DNA from: Spirochaetota bacterium
GTDB taxonomy: Bacteria > Spirochaetota > UBA4802 > JAFGDQ01
Reading direction: 5' to 3'
NCBI GenBank assembly: GCA_043803405.1
Contig: JAZDKB010000035.1
Location: 1-64,000, forward strand
DNA length: 64,000 bases
In this document: piece by piece, positions 39,019 through 47,761 of the stretch
How positions within the stretch are numbered: the stretch's first letter is position 1
How the letters are laid out: every line of letters starts with the position of its first letter
Notes under the pieces: generated by a model
Told to the model about the DNA's origin: nothing
What the model saw: the letters and a program-made list of their open reading frames with translations, nothing else
Database searches by the model: none
Made by a program: the position numbers and the translations under genes

Positions 39019-39110
39019 GTAAGGGCGAACCTATGTGTTCGCCCTTGCCTTTGCGTATTCGCCCTGAGCTTATTATAACAAAAAGGGCAGACACAAAGGA
39101 CTGCCCCTAC
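39019..39110. repeat. Inverted pair of GTAG-type REP sequences (REPIN-like)
   Basis: GTAAGGGCGAACCTATGTGTTCGCCCT (39019-39045), partial copy at about 39051-39065, inverted AGGGCAGACACAAAGGACTGCCCCTAC (39084-39110). Confidence 0.8.
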
Positions 39111-39133
39111 CATTGATAAATGAAGGATATTAA

Positions 39134-39799
39134 TTATTTATTGTCAGGTTGCTTCCAGTCAATAGTCACATTGATTTTTTTAGCCATATCTTCAATTCCC
39201 TGATCATTGTGATATAAAAGTCCCGGATTTTTCTCAATTGTAATTTTCCCATCCTTGCCCTTGATATATCTCCTGGCAGAATGGTGCGCAGAAACAACTA
39301 TGTCGCCGGTTTTATCATCTGGTTCTTTAAGCTCTATACTGCCATTACAAACACAAAAATATGTACTTTGAGGGTTTTCGACTTTCATGCAAAAGGAGGT
39401 TCCGCGAACAGCAGCTACTAATGTGGGGCTTTTAATGATATAATGCATTTGTTTTGTAAATGGTTGTTTGGTAATCGCGGCAAACCAGCCGGTTTCAACT
39501 TGTAAAACATTACTTTCAGATGAAATATTAAAAACCAGTCTCGTGTTCTGGTTTATTTTCAGGATATTCTTTTCATTTATTAATATATCGCATGACGATT
39601 TTTCTCCTGTTTCTATGATATCTCCAAAAATAATTGCCCTGCCTGTTTTAATATCAGCAGAACCGCTGATTAGAACTTTACCGACAAAGTCGGAAATGCG
39701 GGCATTGATGCTGCTGTCATCCTTTTTACTGCATGATAGCGAAAATATTGATAAAATAAATAAACATCCGGCAATTTTTAAATAATATCCTTTTTTCAT
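39134..39799 (-). CDS. FecR-domain lipoprotein
   Basis: Lipobox SLSC; GDIIETG, SPTLVAAVRGTSF. Confidence 0.85.
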   Translation of the reverse strand: MKKGYYLKIAGCLFILSIFSLSCSKKDDSSINARISDFVGKVLISGSADIKTGRAIIFGDIIETGEKSSCDILINEKNILKINQNTRLVFNISSESNVLQVETGWFAAITKQPFTKQMHYIIKSPTLVAAVRGTSFCMKVENPQSTYFCVCNGSIELKEPDDKTGDIVVSAHHSARRYIKGKDGKITIEKNPGLLYHNDQGIEDMAKKINVTIDWKQPDNK

Positions 39800-39921
39800 G
39801 ATACCTCACTATTTAAATAATATTTCACTATAAACAAATTATTGCTGTGGCTTTTTATATTTTTTATTATAAAAAAACAAAAATGTCAACAAAGAATATT
39901 TTTAACAAAAACCGCCGAATA

Positions 39922-41382
39922 TTAAGGCACGACCGCAGGAAATTCGGCAGACGGATCTTCGGGCAGCCCGGGCGGTATTACAGGGACAGTTCGCTCAATT
40001 ACACGCATGGATTTCCATTTGCCTCCGAGGAAGCGTACAAAGAAAACAATCCCGAGAACAGCAATATAAAAAGACGCGATTGACCATCCGGAAAATATTC
40101 CCAGGTTAAATATTTCCAGAGCAATGTAGGAAGGAATAATAAGCACTACAACAGAAGCTGTAACAATAAAACGCATTACAAAATGAGTGTCACCGGCCCC
40201 TTTAATCGCTGCAGCAAATATAATATTCATTGCATCAAATAACGAATACAAGGCGACAAACCGCAGCAGTATTGTGACAAGCAACCCGATTTCGGCAAAG
40301 CTCTCCGCATTCGCGTGCGCTGCAAAGGCGCCCACAAAAACTGACGGCGCCGCGAGATAAAGACATGCTATTATAAGCATATATGTGAACGTAAGCTGAA
40401 AACCCGACCACACGCTTTTTTGCGCAATCTCCGGCCTGTTTGCCCCCAGGTTCTGGCCCACAAGTATGGATACGGCAATTGCGCAACCCAGCATGGGCAT
40501 GAATGAAAGAGTGCTTATATTAAAGGCAATGTTAGTTGCTGCCAGAGGTACTGTCCCCAGCGTACCCATTATCAGAATGAATATCGTAAAACCGGACATG
40601 TCGAGGAAGAAGTGGACGCCGCTTGGAAAACCGTACCGCAGTATCCTTTTTATGAGCGCCAAATCCGGCCGCCAGCCCGACCTTGTCGCGTATTCCTTTT
40701 CATATCCGGAACGCGTTATCAAAAATAAATATATTAAGAATGATACTGACGAAGATACAGCAGTAGCAATTCCCGAGCCCTCTATGCCCATTGGCTTAAA
40801 TCCCATCTTACCGAATATGAGTATGTTATCGATTATAATATTAATCGTTATTGTGATGATATTCACAATAACCAGAGTCCATGTTTTGCCCCTTCCTGAG
40901 TAAAAACCGGATAGTACGGAAGACAGGAGCGGCGCAAAGGACGCGGCCGCGAGATATTTATAATATATTATTTCGTCGTGTCTTATTGCCGGGTCGTGGC
41001 CGATAAATTTAAATACAGGCTCTGCTGCCGGCAGAGTAGAAAGTATTAAGAGCCCCCCTGCAATAGAAAGATACACTCCCTGCCATAATGCAGGGCCGAT
41101 TTTACGGTATTGTTTTGCTCCGTAATACTGCGCAACGAACACATCCACGTATGTTACTGTACCAAGGAATAAGGCGATAAGCGCAAAGCTCAGCATTCCT
41201 GCAGGCATTGAAGCCGCAATAGCGGTTGGGGAATACCATGTAAGGAATACGCGGTTAACAAAATGCTGTATAGTCCATGTGCCTGTGCTTAGTATTAATG
41301 GGAATGCCAGCTTTAAAAAATCCCGGTAGCCAGCCTCCTCAGACCAGCGGCCCTTTAATTTTTCAATAAACCATATTTTCAA
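39922..41382 (-). CDS. MATE-family efflux transporter
   Basis: LAFPLI, AQYYGA, GQNLGA, GAGDT; about 12 TMs. Confidence 0.92.
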   Translation of the reverse strand: MKIWFIEKLKGRWSEEAGYRDFLKLAFPLILSTGTWTIQHFVNRVFLTWYSPTAIAASMPAGMLSFALIALFLGTVTYVDVFVAQYYGAKQYRKIGPALWQGVYLSIAGGLLILSTLPAAEPVFKFIGHDPAIRHDEIIYYKYLAAASFAPLLSSVLSGFYSGRGKTWTLVIVNIITITINIIIDNILIFGKMGFKPMGIEGSGIATAVSSSVSFLIYLFLITRSGYEKEYATRSGWRPDLALIKRILRYGFPSGVHFFLDMSGFTIFILIMGTLGTVPLAATNIAFNISTLSFMPMLGCAIAVSILVGQNLGANRPEIAQKSVWSGFQLTFTYMLIIACLYLAAPSVFVGAFAAHANAESFAEIGLLVTILLRFVALYSLFDAMNIIFAAAIKGAGDTHFVMRFIVTASVVVLIIPSYIALEIFNLGIFSGWSIASFYIAVLGIVFFVRFLGGKWKSMRVIERTVPVIPPGLPEDPSAEFPAVVP

Positions 41383-41721
41383 ACAAAACCTTCCTATTGC
41401 ATTCTCCGTGAGTGTTTATTCCGGAAATTTTGTAAAAATTAAATATTGTAATTCAAATTTCAATGACTTTTTTTGCCCGCAAATGCCATCCATAAGAACC
41501 GCAAATTAAAATAATAAAAGAAAGGCGTAATCTGTGAAATCATTTTAATCTGTGGTTCATGCATCATTTTGACCCGCTCCTTTTATCCATCTTTAATGGG
41601 AGAGGGGCAGGGCGGTTTACCTTCCTAATCTCCGCAATCATAGAAAAAAAAGCTTGCTGTGTCGCGCGCAATGTTATTAACTTAACATATAAGCGCATTA
41701 ACATTCCGGGAGGATAAATAT

Positions 41722-42027
41722 ATGATCGAAGTTACAGACAAAGCAGTTGAAAAAATAAAGGAATATCTTAAGGCACATACTGAATCCGGTACCCTGCGTA
41801 TCATATATCAGGAAAAAGGCGTTAAAAGACCCATGTTCCGCCTGTTTTATTCCGAACCCGGTAAAAACGACGAATTCATAACTGAAAAGGGCATCACCTT
41901 TGCTATAGATAAAAGCCTGCTGGAACTGGCCAAGCCATTTAAAATCGATTACGCGGAGATCAGCGATGGAGTAGAGGGATTCCAGATTCTCTCCCGTCTG
42001 CCCATGGTCGGCTGGAAAACGCGGTAA
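41722..42027 (+). CDS. IscA/HesB-like protein lacking cysteines
   Basis: MIEVTDKAVEKIKEY...LRII...EP..NDE....GITFAIDKSLL..AKPFKIDY...GFQI.S; GGAGG RBS. Confidence 0.75.
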   Translation: MIEVTDKAVEKIKEYLKAHTESGTLRIIYQEKGVKRPMFRLFYSEPGKNDEFITEKGITFAIDKSLLELAKPFKIDYAEISDGVEGFQILSRLPMVGWKTR

Positions 42028-42154
42028 AAAGCACGGAAATAACCGCAAAAAATTCGATTATCATGCCTAAAAACCTGATGCAAATGCTTTCAAATTCATA
42101 TCCATTCACGCCAATATTATCTTTAAATTTGCCTCTATTCCCTTCAACTTAAAC

Positions 42155-42183
42155 TTGCTTTTTTTTATGTAAGATAATAATAT
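42155..42183 (+). promoter_or_regulatory. Putative sigma70 promoter for rtcB (very short leader)
   Basis: TTGCTT-N17-TAATAT ending 8 bp before TTG 42191 and 17 bp before ATG 42200; no Shine-Dalgarno seen. Confidence 0.4.
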
Positions 42184-42199
42184 ACAATCATTGCAAATT

Positions 42200-43654
42200 A
42201 TGAATCCTGATAAATTAAGAAAAATAAGCGAATGCGTTTACGAAGCGCCCGCGGATTTTAAACCCGGTATGTTGGTGCCCGCGCGCGTGTACGCTACGCA
42301 GGGTCTCATAAGCAAAATGGACGACGCTGCCTTTGAGCAGATAACGAACGTGGCAATGCTCCCAGGTATACAGAAGTACGCGATCCTTCTGCCCGACGGC
42401 CATTCAGGGTACGGCTTCCCAATAGGAGGAGTCGCGGCCATTGACCCGGACGAGGGCGTCATTTCTCCCGGCGGCATAGGCTTCGACATCAATTGCGGGA
42501 TACGCCTTATTGCTACTTCGCTTACGCTCGAAGAAGTAAAGCCTGTAATAAAAAAGCTTGTTGATATGCTTTTCACGAGCGTTCCTTCCGGCGTAGGCGC
42601 AAAAGGCATTATAAAGCTGTCCGATAACAAGTTCGACGAAGCTATGATGAAAGGCTCCCGGTGGGCTGTGGAGAACGGATATGGAGAAACAGAAGATCTG
42701 GAATTCACGGAAGAGAAAGGGTGCATCAAGGGCGCTAACCCGGCTTCCGTTTCGGCAAAGGCGCGCGAAAGAGGACGAAATCAGATCGGCACACTGGGAT
42801 CGGGCAATCACTTTCTGGAGATACAGCTTGCAAGGAAAGAAAATATTTTTGATGAAAGGATAGCCAGGGAATTCGGGATTTACCTCGATAACCAGGTAGT
42901 ACTTATGATACATTGCGGGAGCAGGGCGTTCGGCCACCAGGTCGCGACCGATTACCTGCAAAGATTTCTGTCTGTAATGAAACCCAAATACAATATGTCA
43001 ATGCCCGACCGCGAGCTTGCGTGTGCTCCCTTTAATTCCGTTGATGGCAAAGACTATTTCGAAGCAATGAACTGCGCTATTAATATCGCATTTCTTAACA
43101 GGCAGCTTATTATGCACAGAGTTAAAGAAGTATTCTCGGAATTATTCAGAAAGAGCCCGGCCGAGCTTGGCCTCCGGCTCATTTACGACGTGTGTCATAA
43201 CACTGCAAAGCTCGAAAAGCATGTGATAAACGGCAAAGATAAAACTCTTCTGGTTCACCGAAAAGGAGCAACTCGCGCTTTCCCGAAAGGGTCCGCCGAC
43301 CTGCCTTCGCGCTATAAGGGAATTGGACAGCCTGTAATAATCGGGGGAAGCATGGAAACAGGCTCGTATCTGTTAACAGGAGGAGCGAACGCGGAAGAAA
43401 CGTTCTACTCCACAGTGCATGGAAGCGGCAGAACGCTTTCAAGAACCCAGGCGAAGAAGCAGTTCCGCGGGGATGTCCTGCGCCGCGACATGGAAGAGCG
43501 CGGCATTTACGTGCGTACGGCATCGTATTCCGGGCTGGCGGAAGAGGCGGGCGCAGCGTACAAAAACGTGGACGAAGTAATAGAAGCCGGGAGCAGGGCA
43601 GGGCTCAGCCTGCCTGCAGTAAAGCTGCTCCCGCTCGGAAACGTAAAAGGGTAA
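42200..43654 (+). CDS. rtcB: RNA ligase RtcB (long, archaeal-type)
   Basis: PDGHSGYGFPIGG, GFDINCG, GTLGSGNHF, HCGSR, HN, HRKGAT, HGSGR, AYK all intact. Confidence 0.96.
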   Translation: MNPDKLRKISECVYEAPADFKPGMLVPARVYATQGLISKMDDAAFEQITNVAMLPGIQKYAILLPDGHSGYGFPIGGVAAIDPDEGVISPGGIGFDINCGIRLIATSLTLEEVKPVIKKLVDMLFTSVPSGVGAKGIIKLSDNKFDEAMMKGSRWAVENGYGETEDLEFTEEKGCIKGANPASVSAKARERGRNQIGTLGSGNHFLEIQLARKENIFDERIAREFGIYLDNQVVLMIHCGSRAFGHQVATDYLQRFLSVMKPKYNMSMPDRELACAPFNSVDGKDYFEAMNCAINIAFLNRQLIMHRVKEVFSELFRKSPAELGLRLIYDVCHNTAKLEKHVINGKDKTLLVHRKGATRAFPKGSADLPSRYKGIGQPVIIGGSMETGSYLLTGGANAEETFYSTVHGSGRTLSRTQAKKQFRGDVLRRDMEERGIYVRTASYSGLAEEAGAAYKNVDEVIEAGSRAGLSLPAVKLLPLGNVKG

Positions 43655-43663
43655 AGAGACTCA

Positions 43664-44095
43664 ATGTCCTATGAAATACTCGATGACTTAACTTGCGCAG
43701 ATATTGCCATAAAGGTTACTGCAAAAGACATAACCGGGCTGTTTTTCTCAGGCGCCGAAGCGCTCCTGTCCGTCCTTATCGATAATCCCGGATCAATAGC
43801 ATTCAAAACAGAAAAACAAATTGCATTAAAGAATGCGGAAATCGACTTACTGCTTTACGGCTTTTTAAACGAGATTATCTTTTTTAAAGACGCCGAATCG
43901 CTTCTCTTGCTTCCTAAAACAGTCAATATAATTTATACAGGCAACGAGTATGCTGTTGACTGTCTTTTTCACGGCGAACACATTGACAGGTTAAGGCACA
44001 ATTTTAATGTCGATGTAAAGGCCGTAACCATGCATAATCTGAAAGTTGAAAACATAGATGATGGATGGATAGCTGTATTTATACTGGATGTATAG
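43664..44095 (+). CDS. Archease
   Basis: YEILD..TCADI, DVKAVTMH, C-terminal LDV; 9 bp downstream of rtcB. Confidence 0.93.
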   Translation: MSYEILDDLTCADIAIKVTAKDITGLFFSGAEALLSVLIDNPGSIAFKTEKQIALKNAEIDLLLYGFLNEIIFFKDAESLLLLPKTVNIIYTGNEYAVDCLFHGEHIDRLRHNFNVDVKAVTMHNLKVENIDDGWIAVFILDV

Positions 44096-44116
44096 TAAAG
44101 ATAAAAAGTTAATTGT

Positions 44117-44146
44117 TTGACAAAATTGCTAAATCCATATTATCAT
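44117..44146 (+). promoter_or_regulatory. Putative sigma70 promoter
   Basis: TTGACA-N18-TATCAT about 50 bp upstream of ATG 44198. Confidence 0.5.
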
Positions 44147-44197
44147 AAATGGATATTTTAATAAATATTTTAACAGGATAAGATTTGGAGAAAAGCG

Positions 44198-44671
44198 ATG
44201 AATAGACCCGGTGCTAAACCGCCTGCTCAAAAAGAAAAGCCTGTAAAAGAACCAGTGAAAGAAACAGCCGGTACGGAAACCGGCGATAACCCTCAAAGCA
44301 GTTCGGATGGCATAAGCCCGGAAAAGCTTCAGATCACTGAAGAAATAACCGAGCTTTTAAGCAAAGAAGATATCATTACCGCAATAAAAAAATTTAAGGC
44401 AGACAGCGAAGAAAAAAACATAGTAGCCGAATTTGTAAATTCACACATACTGTTTCTTAATTCTGTCATCGAAAGCGATTATAAAAAGGGAATAAACAGA
44501 TCGGACGCGGAAATAAGAGACCTGGTCTCAAACGTAAACATGATGCTGAGAGATAAAGATGAGTATTTGTTTACAACAATTATAGCACATTGCCATTTAC
44601 ACTATAGAAATATTCAAAAAAAATATTACTCAAAGATTAAAAAAGAAGAAGAAAAAGAAGGCAAAAAGTAG
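44198..44671 (+). CDS. Hypothetical protein
   Basis: 157-aa ORF with GGAG RBS and putative promoter; disordered N-terminus; no family recognised. Confidence 0.7.
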   Translation: MNRPGAKPPAQKEKPVKEPVKETAGTETGDNPQSSSDGISPEKLQITEEITELLSKEDIITAIKKFKADSEEKNIVAEFVNSHILFLNSVIESDYKKGINRSDAEIRDLVSNVNMMLRDKDEYLFTTIIAHCHLHYRNIQKKYYSKIKKEEEKEGKK

Positions 44672-44672
44672 T

Positions 44673-46778
44673 TCATTGCCTTATTGACAGATCAATGCTG
44701 AAAATGTTCACTTCGGCCGCGGTTCCTGTAAAATCATATATAAGCAGCAAAGAGCTGCCCTGGTAATTCTTTTCAAATCCCGAGTCCGATTGAGACACGC
44801 TGAATATCGGGTAACGCACCAAAGCAGCCTTTACAGAACTTGCGATTTCTATTCTGAATTTATTGTAATTATCATATATTGAAAATCCGGTAATGTCATT
44901 TGTAATACCAGGATTATCCATATACGCATTCTCTTTCGGAACCCCCGGGATGTCAAAGCCCCTGTCCTCATCATGCGATCCCAGAAGATTTATATTCAGT
45001 TCAACACCGAACAGGCTCTTTTTTATTCCGGATATTGCATAATCGGCTCTTAATCCCGCAGCCTTATTGCTTACCGAAAAATTTTTCTTTATGGAAATAT
45101 TCTCGTCATTAAAAATAATTGAACCGGATAAAGAAATGCCGGCATTGTCTCTTTTCCTCTGAATTTTACAGCCGTATTCCAGCAAACTGCAATCGTAATA
45201 ATTTTCTCTGCCGAACATTATATCCTCAGGCAGCGGGATATGGTTAAACAGTATTTCTTTAAATGAATATCTTCTGGATTTATCAAACACCAGGTATTGC
45301 TTTAAGTTCTTTTCTTTTACTTTTATCCTGTCGTGGATAGAGGCAATTTTTGCGCCGTTATTATTATTATTATTTTCTTCATTGTATTCCCTTAATACTT
45401 CGTGATAAGCTTCCTGCCTTCTGGGGATGACGTTTAAAATGTTAAATGCTTTGTTGTATATTCCGAACTCCGAAACAGCTCCACCGGAATATGGAAGGAT
45501 AATTACAGACTGGTTTTTATTTCTAATGAGAATCTGGTTATGTCCTTCATTCCAGAAATCATCTTCAACAATACTAATATCTTCTTTCTTACATTTCTTC
45601 ATGAACATATTTTCCGCTTTAAGAATATGCTCGTACAGGGCGTGTCTCAGATGATTGAGGTATATTCCGCCGAAAAGACCGTGCCAGTATGCGCAATTGC
45701 ATTCGCTTTTATACAGTTCGGTTTTTTCGTTTTTGAATTTAAGCCCGGTCTTCTCCTCGCAGGCGGATATCTCTTTGCTGAGGAGAATAGTCCTTTTATT
45801 AATCGCGTTCGATTCGGGATATTTGTTTAAAAAGTTATTCCATACACCGCCTTTAAGGTACGGATAAAAATCGTTTTCCCTGTTCCATCCTTTTATCTCA
45901 TTATTGATTTTAATCAGCTTTTCAGCAGCTTTCGCAGGCAGCGCCCATTCGGAAAGCTCAAAATAGCTGCCCTGTGTAATATAGACCCTGCCTATAGGAG
46001 CATTTGACTTGATATATTCGGACGGATGCGTGGTTTTTATCCAGCTTTCTTTTAAAACCGATTCGATAAAATTACGCAGCCATCTTTCTTCATATACCCA
46101 TTTGTATGTATCAGGCCAAAGGCCGAATTTTTCGCCGTCGTCGCCGTAAACAAAGGCGGCATGTCCCAGTTTATCAGTCTTTTCTTTAAAATAATTTATT
46201 GTTTCAGCAGGCTGTCTGAACGGGATGGCGTATCTTAAAAATCTGTCTATCGGGAATATCTTTAATTTCTTATCCAGCCGTTCAGTTAAAAAGTATCCAT
46301 ACAGTTCTTCTTCCCCAATGCCTGCATATCGGAAATGAATGTCGTCCAGTATGGTATAATCAAGATTAAAACCCGAAACCAGATTCGGAATGTCTGGGTC
46401 CCATACGCGTTCTGCTGTCCAGAAACCTTTAGGGTATTTGCCAAACTCTTTTTTACAGAAGTTCTGCATTAAAGCGATCTGGCCTTTAATGTCGTTCTCG
46501 TTTATTATTGAAAATATAGGTTCGTAAAAGCCGCCGCCTATAATCTCGACCTGGCCTGTATGGCTCATTTCTCTGAGAGTCTCAATATATTCGGGAGCAT
46601 TGCTTTTCATCCATTCCAGGAGCGGGCCGGAGTGATGCACCGAAAAGCGGAAATCAGGGTATTCTTTAAAAATTTCTATTATCTTATTATAACAGTCGTC
46701 AAATGCCCATTTAAAGATATGATCGAAATTGCCTACAGGCTGGTGGTTGTGAAGACAGAAGATAAAGTTACAGCTCAT
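44673..46778 (-). CDS. GH57 4-alpha-glucanotransferase/alpha-amylase
   Basis: HNHQP, WTAERVW (Glu nucleophile), GDDGEKFG (Asp), YWHGLFGG, SQSDSGFE..YQG. Confidence 0.94.
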   Translation of the reverse strand: MSCNFIFCLHNHQPVGNFDHIFKWAFDDCYNKIIEIFKEYPDFRFSVHHSGPLLEWMKSNAPEYIETLREMSHTGQVEIIGGGFYEPIFSIINENDIKGQIALMQNFCKKEFGKYPKGFWTAERVWDPDIPNLVSGFNLDYTILDDIHFRYAGIGEEELYGYFLTERLDKKLKIFPIDRFLRYAIPFRQPAETINYFKEKTDKLGHAAFVYGDDGEKFGLWPDTYKWVYEERWLRNFIESVLKESWIKTTHPSEYIKSNAPIGRVYITQGSYFELSEWALPAKAAEKLIKINNEIKGWNRENDFYPYLKGGVWNNFLNKYPESNAINKRTILLSKEISACEEKTGLKFKNEKTELYKSECNCAYWHGLFGGIYLNHLRHALYEHILKAENMFMKKCKKEDISIVEDDFWNEGHNQILIRNKNQSVIILPYSGGAVSEFGIYNKAFNILNVIPRRQEAYHEVLREYNEENNNNNNGAKIASIHDRIKVKEKNLKQYLVFDKSRRYSFKEILFNHIPLPEDIMFGRENYYDCSLLEYGCKIQRKRDNAGISLSGSIIFNDENISIKKNFSVSNKAAGLRADYAISGIKKSLFGVELNINLLGSHDEDRGFDIPGVPKENAYMDNPGITNDITGFSIYDNYNKFRIEIASSVKAALVRYPIFSVSQSDSGFEKNYQGSSLLLIYDFTGTAAEVNIFSIDLSIRQ

Positions 46779-46923
46779 TATTTTTTTCCGGGAGTTAAAT
46801 AGAACTCATCTTAAAAATATATTTTTGCATAAATGTCCGCAGAAACTTTTGTTATGTACTTAAATTTATTGAACATAAAACTTAATTTTAAGATGGCTTG
46901 CAGTTATTATTTTTATTCAACGC

Positions 46924-47286
46924 TTATTTCGCACTGCTTGCGATTACTTCTTTTATAGTCGCTTTCAGATCGTCAAGATTGCTGGACTTGGTCAGGTACG
47001 CGTTTGCAGTCCATGTCATAAAATTGCTTTTATAGTTTGAGTAGGCAGTATAAATTATCACCGGCAGTTTTTTTTCCCGCGACAGAATTTTTCCGAGCGC
47101 TTCAATGCCGTCCATTTCCGGCATTCTGATATCGAGAATAACGCAGTCATATTTGTTGTTGTTTACCATCTTTACAGCAACTTCGCCGTTTTCCGCCTGA
47201 TGAACTTCATAACCCTCATCCTCGAGTTCCATAGCATACAATTCTCTCTGATTGTCTTCATCCTCGACAATAAGTAATTTGCTCAT
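46924..47286 (-). CDS. Single-domain response regulator
   Basis: IVEDE, LDIRMPEMDG, YTAY, AYLTKSS; ATG 47286 after GAGG. Confidence 0.92.
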   Translation of the reverse strand: MSKLLIVEDEDNQRELYAMELEDEGYEVHQAENGEVAVKMVNNNKYDCVILDIRMPEMDGIEALGKILSREKKLPVIIYTAYSNYKSNFMTWTANAYLTKSSNLDDLKATIKEVIASSAK

Positions 47287-47497
47287 ATAGGTACCTCTGA
47301 AAAAATTTGATAATTGCAAAAACTTTTATTGAATTACAAATCAACATGTAATCCTGTTGAAAATAATCTTTAAAACGCACCCTTAACTATAATTTATTAT
47401 AATGCTATCTTATTAGTATTTTCAAGAATAATTTATCTAATACGGAAAAATAAAAGATCAGAATAATTTTTAACAGAAGGTTAAGGCCATATTATTA

Positions 47498-47710
47498 TCA
47501 GCAATGATGAGGATTATCAGTTGATCTGCATTTATCACATTTATAATAAAGCCAGTAATCGTATTCGGAATTTTCATCACCAAAAGATGCGTGGATTAGT
47601 CCGCCGCAATCACACTTTATAGGGTATCCGTTCCAGCATTTAGAACAGTTTGTATTCCCGATTTCGTGATTATCTTCCTCATCTGGATTTACATTAAAAA
47701 TATTTGTCAT
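47498..47710 (-). CDS. Small Cys-rich putative metal-binding protein
   Basis: CSKC, CDC..H, CDKC, HHC in about 70 aa; same strand as the flanking kinase and regulator. Confidence 0.6.
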   Translation of the reverse strand: MTNIFNVNPDEEDNHEIGNTNCSKCWNGYPIKCDCGGLIHASFGDENSEYDYWLYYKCDKCRSTDNPHHC

Positions 47711-47761
47711 AAATGTTCCGGCCAATTAATGGAGTAAGCGGCAGGCTATGGATTATTATCT

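Noticed and set aside
32314..42027. Selenocysteine recoding in the molybdoenzyme or the HesB-like protein
   Set aside because: Both ORFs are uninterrupted, with no in-frame TGA at the expected positions
45357..45374. Six-Asn trinucleotide run in the GH57 gene as a phase-variation tract
   Set aside because: Triplet repeat keeps the frame and probably lies in a loop
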